Part shown: positions 52,078 to 59,878 of the stretch, in pieces | How the letters are laid out: each line of letters begins with the position of its first letter | Position numbering within the stretch: position 1 is the stretch's first letter | Source of the DNA: a virus | Taxonomy: Duplodnaviria > Heunggongvirae > Uroviricota > Caudoviricetes | Length of the DNA stretch: 64,000 nucleotides | Reading direction: 5' to 3' (one strand) | Virus record (IMG/VR): IMGVR_UViG_3300032167_000010 | Program-made: the position numbers and the translations under genes | Notes under the pieces: generated by a model | Told to the model about the DNA's origin: nothing | Databases searched by the model: none | Seen by the model: only the letters and a program-made list of their open reading frames with translations

Positions 52078-52779
52078 ATGAATTTTAATAGTGTTTTTGA
52101 AGAACTTAGCAGTCTTTATGAAGAAAAGGTTGTAGAAGAAGTTAAACCTACAGAAGAAGAACTTAAAGTGGAAGAGCGCTGCTCAAATGAAGCTGAGCCT
52201 TGCGAAGAAGCTTGTGCTAAAAAATTAGAAGAGGCTACCAATGAAGAAGAAACTGAAACTGTTAATGACGAAGCTCCAGTAGAAGAAGTTTCTGAAGAAG
52301 AACCCGCAGGTGAAATTGAATTTGCAGAAGAACCTGTTGAACCTATTGCTAGACAGCTAATTCTTGAATGCTCTAAATGCGGTGCAATTATAATCAAAGA
52401 TGAAGCTGACGTAGTTATTGATGAAGAATCTGATTTAGTAAATATCGAAGAAGAGTGTCCATTCTGTGAAGAAACAGAAGGCTACAAGATTATTGGTGTT
52501 GTTGCTCCATATGAAGCAATTGAAGAAGACTCTGTAGAAGTATCCGAAGAACTTGAACCTGTAGAAGCTAATGATAATGCAGATTTAAATGAGTATTATG
52601 ACGCTGAAGCTCCTCTTGGAAGAGACACGCCTTATTATACTAATAGCGCTAAATCTTGGGGAGACCCAGTCCCACAATGGTGGTTAGACCAAGGCGGTAC
52701 TCGAGCAAGCTGGAATGCACGAAATACTTCTAGTGGTCGCAAATGGGATGAAGAAACCGGCGGAAAGGATAGATATTAA
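52078..52779 (+). CDS. highly acidic Glu-rich protein with N-terminal MNFNSVFEELSSLYEEK motif and two CxxC pairs
   Basis: ORF track; SD AAGGAGACTTAT. Confidence 0.6.
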   Translation: MNFNSVFEELSSLYEEKVVEEVKPTEEELKVEERCSNEAEPCEEACAKKLEEATNEEETETVNDEAPVEEVSEEEPAGEIEFAEEPVEPIARQLILECSKCGAIIIKDEADVVIDEESDLVNIEEECPFCEETEGYKIIGVVAPYEAIEEDSVEVSEELEPVEANDNADLNEYYDAEAPLGRDTPYYTNSAKSWGDPVPQWWLDQGGTRASWNARNTSSGRKWDEETGGKDRY

Positions 52780-52832
52780 GCAAAATGCTATTAATATGCA
52801 TAAGTTTATTTAACTTTTAGAGTTTTAAAATA

Positions 52833-52866
52833 AAAAGACTGGCTTTATACCGGTCTTTTTATTTTA
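52833..52866 (+). terminator. rho-independent terminator
   Basis: aaagactgg-ctttata-ccggtcttt + T-run. Confidence 0.65.
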
Positions 52867-52884
52867 CATTTTAGCTAAAATAGC

Positions 52885-52912
52885 CTTTATTATATTGTAT
52901 ATTATAATATAA
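52885..52912 (+). promoter_or_regulatory. middle-class extended -10 promoter
   Basis: tttattatATTGTATATTATAATATA. Confidence 0.35.
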
Positions 52913-52934
52913 CAAAAATAACGGAGAGTATTTT

Positions 52935-53360
52935 ATGATTAATTATATGTTTATGTTGCGTCCTACTGAAAAGAAATTTACTACGGTTTGTCCAGCTTGT
53001 GCCAAACGTGGCGAGGTAGTTGATACTTGTAGAACTTGCTATGGTAAAGGTGTGATCAGAAAGAGTACTATGCAATATTATGTACGAACGAATCCTATTG
53101 AAATTGAAAAAATAGATCGTGATCCTAAAAATGGAATTTTAAGATACTGGGAAGATGCTAGCGATTTTTGCTATGAAACCACTACACCTAAATTAAATAA
53201 ATATGTTCCAGATGTTCCATATGGAGTGCACCTTTGTCATTTTGATAGAAAGTCTGCACAAATTGAGTGTGATAGAATTAATAAGTATCTTAGTGAAAAA
53301 GCGAAGCGTGCTGAGTCAGAAGTAGATAAATTAAGTATTGAGCTTAATTATATTTTTTAG
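52935..53360 (+). CDS. DnaJ-type zinc-finger protein
   Basis: CPACAKRG and CRTCYGKG; SD ACGGAGAGT. Confidence 0.5.
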   Translation: MINYMFMLRPTEKKFTTVCPACAKRGEVVDTCRTCYGKGVIRKSTMQYYVRTNPIEIEKIDRDPKNGILRYWEDASDFCYETTTPKLNKYVPDVPYGVHLCHFDRKSAQIECDRINKYLSEKAKRAESEVDKLSIELNYIF

Positions 53361-53369
53361 GAGTTTCTA

Positions 53370-53540
53370 ATGGATATTACGTATTGCAATAATGAATGTT
53401 CTATTGGTAAAAAAGCACGCGAAGAATTTTTAAATGATAATAATTCGGCTTTTGATGCTGTTATAGATTTCTGGCATTTTGTTGACGAATGTGTAAAAAC
53501 TTGTCCTTATAAAGATAAACATAACACGGAGGATAGATAA
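53370..53540 (+). CDS. Cys-rich 56-aa protein
   Basis: ORF below track cutoff; SD TAGGAGTTTC. Confidence 0.4.
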   Translation: MDITYCNNECSIGKKAREEFLNDNNSAFDAVIDFWHFVDECVKTCPYKDKHNTEDR

Positions 53541-53543
53541 ATA

Positions 53544-54074
53544 ATGAAAGTATGTTGTATTAGCGCGAAAGCGAGACACGGAAAAGATACTGCAGCAGCC
53601 ATAATCGCAAAATATCTCGAAAAGCAAGGCCACAGAGTACTTATTACTCATTTTGCAGATTTACTTAAATATATTTGTAATAAATTTTTTGGTTGGGATG
53701 GTAATAAAGACGAAAAAGGTAGAACGCTGCTTCAATATGTTGGAACAGACGTAGTTGGTGCACAAAAACCAGACTTTTGGGCAAATTTTATAATAGATAT
53801 TTTAAAGTTATTTGAAAATGAGTGGGATTTTGTACTTATTCCAGATTGCAGATATCCTATTGAGATGACTACAATGGAAAATAACTTTGATACTACTCTT
53901 CTTAGAGTCGAAAGACCTAATTTTGATAACGGTTTAACTGACGAACAAAAGAAACATCCTTCTGAGACGGCTATGGATAATTATCCCTATGACACTGTTT
54001 TATACAATGACAGCGACCTTGATACTTTTAAAGATAAAGTAGAATGGTTCGCGGATAATTTTTTACTTAACTGA
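53544..54074 (+). CDS. deoxynucleoside monophosphate kinase (T4 gp1-like)
   Basis: SAKARHGKDTAA P-loop, LLQYVGTDVV, IPDCRYPIE resemble T4 dNMP kinase; SD ACGGAGGATAG. Confidence 0.55.
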   Translation: MKVCCISAKARHGKDTAAAIIAKYLEKQGHRVLITHFADLLKYICNKFFGWDGNKDEKGRTLLQYVGTDVVGAQKPDFWANFIIDILKLFENEWDFVLIPDCRYPIEMTTMENNFDTTLLRVERPNFDNGLTDEQKKHPSETAMDNYPYDTVLYNDSDLDTFKDKVEWFADNFLLN

Positions 54075-54076
54075 TT

Positions 54077-54460
54077 ATGATATATACTACTTATTTTGCT
54101 AAACTTAGGTCTTTACCTAAAAATATTATTCCTATTGCTATTTGTGCAAAGCCGCCTGTGGGCTATCGAGGACCGGCTTATAGACAGCTTGCACCACACT
54201 ATGACTTTTACAGTCAATATAAAGTCAGTGGTGATAGAGAGTATTTTGAACAGTGTTACAACAATCTAGTATTAAAAGACTTAAATCCAACTAAAGTTAT
54301 AGCTGATTTATATGGCCTAGTAGGAAAAAGCTACTGCGACGGTGATATTGCTTTAGTATGCTACGAAAAGGCTACTGACTTTTGTCATAGACATCTGGTG
54401 GCGTATTGGTTGCAAGAAAATGGCTATAAGTGCGAAGAATTTGACTTTGACAAAAAATAA
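54077..54460 (+). CDS. DUF488-like protein
   Basis: C-terminal LVCYEKATDFCHRHLVAYWL matches the DUF488 C..CHR.L.A..L signature. Confidence 0.45.
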   Translation: MIYTTYFAKLRSLPKNIIPIAICAKPPVGYRGPAYRQLAPHYDFYSQYKVSGDREYFEQCYNNLVLKDLNPTKVIADLYGLVGKSYCDGDIALVCYEKATDFCHRHLVAYWLQENGYKCEEFDFDKK

Positions 54461-54476
54461 AGCTTACTTATTATCA

Positions 54477-54486
54477 GCTAAATTAA
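54477..54486 (+). promoter_or_regulatory. late-type promoter motif (copy 6, GCTAAATTAA)
   Basis: 21 nt upstream of ATG 54507. Confidence 0.4.
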
Positions 54487-54506
54487 TATAGTGAGGTGAT
54501 TTTGAC

Positions 54507-54692
54507 ATGTTAAAACTAGAAAAAGACACACAACAAAATCAAGAGCTTAGTAATAATATAAAACTTACTATTAAAACGCCCAAAGACTGTTTAACTGTGC
54601 CTAAAATTAACCCAAAAGAAATTAAATCTGCAGAGCAGCCAATACATCCCACTGAAAAACAAAATAATGAATCTTTATTTGAAATTTATTAA
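54507..54692 (+). CDS. hypothetical protein
   Basis: ORF track; SD GTGAGGTGATTT. Confidence 0.45.
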   Translation: MLKLEKDTQQNQELSNNIKLTIKTPKDCLTVPKINPKEIKSAEQPIHPTEKQNNESLFEIY

Positions 54693-54725
54693 GGTAGACC
54701 TTTTAAAGTCTACCTTTTATTTTTA
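54691..54725 (+). terminator. rho-independent terminator
   Basis: perfect 8-bp stem aggtagac/gtctacct + T-run. Confidence 0.7.
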
Positions 54726-54743
54726 TCTTTGATTATAAAAAGT

Positions 54744-54753
54744 GCTAAATTAT
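54744..54753 (+). promoter_or_regulatory. late-type promoter motif (copy 7)
   Basis: aaagtGCTAAATTATTTgat 48 nt upstream of TTG 54801. Confidence 0.5.
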
Positions 54754-54800
54754 TTGATATATTAATTTTATATAAAAATAACAACTAGGAGGACTTACGC

Positions 54801-55313
54801 TTGCTTAGTTATTGTACAAATTATCTAGCGACGATGCCTGAAATTACGGTATATATGAATTGTGATACCAGGCTTGCAGTAAATCTACGTATGTTTGATT
54901 TGGGCGACGATGATGAGTTTGTTTTTGCTATAAAAAACTATAATCACATTAATTCACCTTATGTATATTTATTTAAAGCTCGAAAAACTGATATAGACGA
55001 AAACGGTGAGGTGCTTTTTAAAATTGCCCCAGAGGTATCTAGACAAATAAAACCTGGCGCTTTTTATAATTTTTCTGTTTTATTAAACGCTTATAACCAG
55101 AAGAAAGAGACTGAATACAAAAAACTTACTGATAATGGAGAGATTAGAATTGAATACGGTGCTCAAGACCTTCAAACCAAGCCTGACCCTAACGACCCTA
55201 AAGGTGAAATTGTTAGTGTACGTTTTGAGTTGCTTCCTGAAGAGGCCGAGGTTGGAGTACCCAGTAAGTATTTAAGTAGTAAAATAGTTGGAATACGCTT
55301 AGAGGAGGTTTAA
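54801..55313 (+). CDS. hypothetical (probably structural) protein
   Basis: ORF track; TTG 7 nt after AGGAGGA. Confidence 0.5.
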   Translation: MLSYCTNYLATMPEITVYMNCDTRLAVNLRMFDLGDDDEFVFAIKNYNHINSPYVYLFKARKTDIDENGEVLFKIAPEVSRQIKPGAFYNFSVLLNAYNQKKETEYKKLTDNGEIRIEYGAQDLQTKPDPNDPKGEIVSVRFELLPEEAEVGVPSKYLSSKIVGIRLEEV

Positions 55314-55314
55314 T

Positions 55315-55611
55315 ATGTTAGAAATAAAAAGACCTTCTAAAAAACCTATTGTAGTAATTAGATCCGCGACAGGTAATGAGCTTTCTAACTATGAAAAACG
55401 TAAACTTGCTAATATCGAAGAGAGCGCCCAAGTAAATAAAATTGAAGTTATTAAACTTGGCGAAACGCGTCTTCCAATTGACCCGCTTAATAAAGAAGTT
55501 AGAATTGATTTAGGCAACCTTGCTTTTAAGTCAGCTATTAAGCCGGAAGACTTGTCAGCGGAAGATCTTTTCTTTATTAAATGTGAGCTGGACGAAACCG
55601 CATTAAAGTGA
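55315..55611 (+). CDS. hypothetical protein
   Basis: ORF track; SD AGAGGAGGTTTAAT. Confidence 0.5.
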   Translation: MLEIKRPSKKPIVVIRSATGNELSNYEKRKLANIEESAQVNKIEVIKLGETRLPIDPLNKEVRIDLGNLAFKSAIKPEDLSAEDLFFIKCELDETALK

Positions 55612-55622
55612 GGTAATTATAA

Positions 55623-55868
55623 ATGAACGAAGAAAAAAATAGATTAGACGAACTACTTACTGCTATTGCGGAAGGAACTGTGCCAGAAAATTGGACCTGT
55701 TTAAATCGTCTAGAGCAATACTTAATTTGTATATTAACGCGTAAAGATATTGAAACCCTTGGTGAACCTTTAAATAGACTTGAAGTTTTATTACGAGCTC
55801 TATATGAAGTAGTTCCTGAGAATGCTATTGAAGTTCTTTCTGCGCGTTTAGAAGAAACAAATAATTAA
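55623..55868 (+). CDS. hypothetical protein
   Basis: ORF track; SD GTGAGGTAAT. Confidence 0.5.
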   Translation: MNEEKNRLDELLTAIAEGTVPENWTCLNRLEQYLICILTRKDIETLGEPLNRLEVLLRALYEVVPENAIEVLSARLEETNN

Positions 55869-55888
55869 TTTAAGTGAGGAGATAGATT

Positions 55889-56101
55889 ATGGCAACTTAT
55901 AAAGTATGGCTTACTGTGAAAGATAGCTATGGCAATACTAAAGAAGTAGACGGCGGCACTATTGATGTAAATCTTGCTGAAATGACCGAGACTGAAGTTA
56001 GCACAGTAGCCGAAAAACTTGACTCTTATCTTGCTACAGATGCTGCGGTAGAGAATAAGAACACTATTAAATACTCAGACTTTGAGATAAAATCAGAGTA
56101 A
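55889..56101 (+). CDS. hypothetical protein
   Basis: ORF track; SD GTGAGGAGATAG. Confidence 0.5.
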   Translation: MATYKVWLTVKDSYGNTKEVDGGTIDVNLAEMTETEVSTVAEKLDSYLATDAAVENKNTIKYSDFEIKSE

Positions 56102-56110
56102 TAAGGAGTT

Positions 56111-57787
56111 ATGAAAATGAATGATTTTAAAATTAAACGTGGCCTATCATCAGTAGTATTTATCGAGCCGGGAGTGATTAATCCACAACTAGTTATTGAA
56201 GAAGGCTGTTGGTATCTTTGTACTGACACCGCAGAACTTTATTTAGGTGTTCAGATAGACACTGGCTTAACATTAAAGAAAATTAATGGTCATAATGCAG
56301 TAGATATCCCAACTCAATCACCTGACGGTGGAGATGGTGAAGCTCCTAGAGGTTTAATCGGTGCTTATATAGATGAAGCTGGAGAGCTTTGTGTAATTTT
56401 TTCAGATAATACTGAAGAATCGCTTGGTGTGGTTGTTGGCAAAAACGGTATTGACGGTAAAGATGGTACCAACGGTATCGATGGCCGCGATGGTATTACA
56501 CCACATATCGGTGATAATGGAAATTGGTACCTTGGAGAACTAAACACCGGAGTTTCTGCAGCCGGTACTGAGGGCCCACAAGGACCTCAAGGTGAAGCTG
56601 GTCCCCAAGGTAGTCAAGGTGAAAAAGGCGAAAAAGGTGACGCTTTTACATACGAAGATTTTACAGAAGAGCAATTAGCTGCTCTTAAAGGTGAACAAGG
56701 TCCCACAGGTAAAGACGGTTATACTCCCGTTAAAGGTGTTGACTATTTTGATGGAGCTGCGGGTAAAGACGGTAAAGACGGTTTAACTACCGCTGTAAAG
56801 GTTAACGGTACTGTTTATGAACACGACAACGGCGTTATTGAATTACCTAACTTTATTACTGAACATCAATCTTTAGCAGACTATGCCAAAAAGACAGACT
56901 TATTTAGTAAGTCTTATAATGATTTAACTGATAAGCCTACTATTCCTTCTATTGAAGGCCTAGCGACAGAAGATTATATAAATAATGCTATTGCAAATAT
57001 CAAACATCCTGCTAGTCCGACAAAAGTAAGTGATTTAGAAAATGACGCAGGCTATATTACTTCTGCGGATATTCCTGAAACTGACTTAAGTAATTATTAC
57101 ACAAAGACAGAAGTTGATAATAAAATACTTGACATAAAAGCTAATGATGTACCTTTTACAAGCGCTAAATTTGTTGCAAAAGCGTTTGGCGGATTTGCCG
57201 TCGGTGATGATTTAAACGGCTTAACTGTTGCTCAATTATTTGCTAAATTATTAGAGCTAACTGATACTAAACCTGGTGAAAATCCTGACGTCCCTGAGGT
57301 TCCAACTGAGCCAGACGGCGTAATAGATGAGATTATAACCGACAAGCTTCCTATGTATTCTGTAAATGCTGAGGGTGAAGTTATTGAGATATCTTATGAT
57401 GATGTAATTACTTATACAGAAGCTACCGCAAGTGAACAACCTACAGAGTCTGGTTTTTATCAAATAACAAATGAAACTGGCGAAGTTATTGAGTCTGGCT
57501 ACCAAGAATTAACTGCAGAAAACCCAAATACTATTTATATTATTGCATTACCTAAAGGCGTTGATTTTAATACAATGGTTACTACTCAAACTTATGACAT
57601 GCTAGAAGGTAAATGGAAAGATGATTCTCTCGAAATGTCTAGAGACTATGACACAATAAGCGGTATTTGTGAAGCACTTTCTATTGATACTTCACACATT
57701 GACCTTAAAAAATATATTCTTTGGGCAGATTTAACTTCAGGACAAGGACCTAGTGGTAAGATACATAGATTTATTATAAAGGAATAA
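56111..57787 (+). CDS. collagen-like repeat tail-fibre protein
   Basis: ~25 G-X-Y triplets (GKNGIDGKDGTNGIDGRDG...GPQGPQGEAGPQGSQGEKGEKG); SD TAAGGAGTT; alternative ATG 56117. Confidence 0.7.
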   Translation: MKMNDFKIKRGLSSVVFIEPGVINPQLVIEEGCWYLCTDTAELYLGVQIDTGLTLKKINGHNAVDIPTQSPDGGDGEAPRGLIGAYIDEAGELCVIFSDNTEESLGVVVGKNGIDGKDGTNGIDGRDGITPHIGDNGNWYLGELNTGVSAAGTEGPQGPQGEAGPQGSQGEKGEKGDAFTYEDFTEEQLAALKGEQGPTGKDGYTPVKGVDYFDGAAGKDGKDGLTTAVKVNGTVYEHDNGVIELPNFITEHQSLADYAKKTDLFSKSYNDLTDKPTIPSIEGLATEDYINNAIANIKHPASPTKVSDLENDAGYITSADIPETDLSNYYTKTEVDNKILDIKANDVPFTSAKFVAKAFGGFAVGDDLNGLTVAQLFAKLLELTDTKPGENPDVPEVPTEPDGVIDEIITDKLPMYSVNAEGEVIEISYDDVITYTEATASEQPTESGFYQITNETGEVIESGYQELTAENPNTIYIIALPKGVDFNTMVTTQTYDMLEGKWKDDSLEMSRDYDTISGICEALSIDTSHIDLKKYILWADLTSGQGPSGKIHRFIIKE

Positions 57788-57799
57788 GGAGATTTACAT

Positions 57800-58573
57800 A
57801 TGGCTTTAGAAATATCTAATCAATATCTATATACAGGTAGAGGCCCTTTTGACGCGAAGTCTATTGTAAAAACTTATGCTGACTTACTATCAGAAGAAAC
57901 TTGGAAGTCTGACAAGGGCAATATTATCGCTTATAACGGTATGGTTGTTGCGGTATGGCTTAATAAAGAAGACCCTACTAAAAACGGCATTTATTATCTG
58001 TATGATAGTGCGGTTTTATCTAATCAGACCGCGGCTTATATAGTGCCAGCACCGGATGTTACGAAAGAAGAAAACTGGCACAAATTAGCAGAAATATCTG
58101 ACCTAGAAGCTTTTACAAAAGTACTTTCTAACAGGTTAACCGAGCTCGAAGGAGTTGAGCTGTTCCAAAAAATCGAACAGGAAACTGAGTTGCCTAATAA
58201 CTTTGACTCAGACGAATTTAACCCTAATATTACATATTATAGAGTTCGTCAGCTTGGTGCTGATACTGATGCTTATATACTTTATACTTATATATATGAT
58301 AAAGACTCTAATCGTTATTTACGTAAAGCTAACGCTAATGACGCGAGAGCAAGTGTTTCCGACGTAGAGGTTAATAACGAAGGCGGTATCACAGTATACT
58401 ATTCTGATGGAACCTCAAAAACTGTCTGCGTAGGAAGCTCTAATGTTGACCTTACTAACTACGCAACTAAAGATTTCGTAGAAGAGTACGTAGACAATTC
58501 ATTTACTAGTTTTACTGAGTCACTTAAAACGACTATATTATTTGGTGGTGACTCTGACCCAAATGATGACTAA
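57800..58573 (+). CDS. hypothetical structural protein
   Basis: ORF track; SD TAAGGAGATTTA. Confidence 0.5.
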   Translation: MALEISNQYLYTGRGPFDAKSIVKTYADLLSEETWKSDKGNIIAYNGMVVAVWLNKEDPTKNGIYYLYDSAVLSNQTAAYIVPAPDVTKEENWHKLAEISDLEAFTKVLSNRLTELEGVELFQKIEQETELPNNFDSDEFNPNITYYRVRQLGADTDAYILYTYIYDKDSNRYLRKANANDARASVSDVEVNNEGGITVYYSDGTSKTVCVGSSNVDLTNYATKDFVEEYVDNSFTSFTESLKTTILFGGDSDPNDD

Positions 58574-58593
58574 AACAAAATTAATTAGAATTA

Positions 58594-58603
58594 GCTAAAT
58601 TAA
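58594..58603 (+). promoter_or_regulatory. late-type promoter motif (copy 8, GCTAAATTAA)
   Basis: 61 nt upstream of ATG 58664. Confidence 0.4.
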
Positions 58604-58663
58604 TATGTGTGTTTAAAAACATGCATAACTAAAAATAAAAATTATAATTAAAGGAGATACTTT

Positions 58664-59860
58664 ATGGCAGAACAAACTATTAATACTATTATAGTGTTAA
58701 GAAATGACTCAACCACCGAGTGGCAAAAATCTAGCTACAAGTTGAGAAGCGGCGAAGTTGGCGTTGGCTATATGACTCGTACAGTAGACGGCGAAAACAA
58801 AGTAGTGCCTATCATCAAAGTTGGTGACGGTACTAGCACCTGGAGTCAGCTTCCTCAGGCTGAAGGTGTGTTTGAACAACCTGTTACTTTAACACAGAAC
58901 TTCGGTTACTACAATGACGTACCTGCAGGTAGCTTCAAGACTTACTCAAGCACTGCTGGTATGACTACTTCAGAATTCCTTCTTAGCGCGCTTAAGAAGA
59001 CTGTTGAACCTACTATTACTCAACCAAATGCATCTTTTAGCTCTGTAAGCGCAACGGTGCAAAATAATGACCCTGAAATGGGCGCGTATATCACAGCTCT
59101 TAACTGGGATGGCTCAACATCAAACGGTAAGTACAACGTCGGTACAGCAGCTGACCAAGCTACTGGTATTAGTGCTAGCAACTTCAAGTGGTCAGTTACT
59201 ACGAATAAAACAATTGATGGCAACCCTCCTGCTGCATCAGACCAGGTAGATGGTTCCTTCGCATTAGCAGACAATTCAGCTAACGAAGGTGGTGTAGATA
59301 ACCGTATTCAAATTACGTCTGAATCTAGCACAGAATATGCTAAGATTTATGCAACAGTTACTTTAGATTTGACAAATACTACTGTTAATGCTCCTAAGAA
59401 TAACTTAAACGAAGTTACTTCTGGTACAATAACTGGTTTTGATAAAAATGGCACTAAAACAAAAGACCTTACTGGTTCCGTTAAAGTAACTGGATATAGA
59501 AAACCTTTCTGGGGCTGGAAGAGCTCTACCGATGCTTTAGCGGATCCTACAGCCATTACTTCAGTACAAGTAAGAGCGCTTGGCAATAGTGGTACTTCTA
59601 CTGCTGGACTTCCTACTTCTCTAAAGGTGCCTGCTGGTACGAAGCAAGTTTTCTTTGCAGCAAAAGCTGGTGCCAAATCTTCTTTAACTGTTAAAAACGT
59701 AACTAAAGAGCCTGCAACCAGTGTTGCTTGTACAAAGAAAGCAAGACTTCTTACAGTTGATGGCGCTAACGGCTATACCGCAGTTGACTATGACGTATGG
59801 TATATCAATTTGGACGCACCTTTCACTGGTGAAACTAGTCTTGAGCTTACTTGGGCTTAA
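58664..59860 (+). CDS. tail-fibre-like protein
   Basis: N-terminal RNDSTTEWQ..L..GE.GV.....K.GDG.S.WS.LPQ motif common to phage tail fibres; SD AAAGGAGATAC. Confidence 0.55.
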   Translation: MAEQTINTIIVLRNDSTTEWQKSSYKLRSGEVGVGYMTRTVDGENKVVPIIKVGDGTSTWSQLPQAEGVFEQPVTLTQNFGYYNDVPAGSFKTYSSTAGMTTSEFLLSALKKTVEPTITQPNASFSSVSATVQNNDPEMGAYITALNWDGSTSNGKYNVGTAADQATGISASNFKWSVTTNKTIDGNPPAASDQVDGSFALADNSANEGGVDNRIQITSESSTEYAKIYATVTLDLTNTTVNAPKNNLNEVTSGTITGFDKNGTKTKDLTGSVKVTGYRKPFWGWKSSTDALADPTAITSVQVRALGNSGTSTAGLPTSLKVPAGTKQVFFAAKAGAKSSLTVKNVTKEPATSVACTKKARLLTVDGANGYTAVDYDVWYINLDAPFTGETSLELTWA

Positions 59861-59878
59861 TAAGGAGGGCAATATATA

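Noticed and set aside
3420-59249. Same-strand alternative-frame ORFs inside larger genes (3420..3650 in rnh, 42091-start extension, 42152..42382, 58155..58367, 59067..59249).
   Set aside because: They overlap stronger genes in another frame, lack SDs, and have low-complexity translations.
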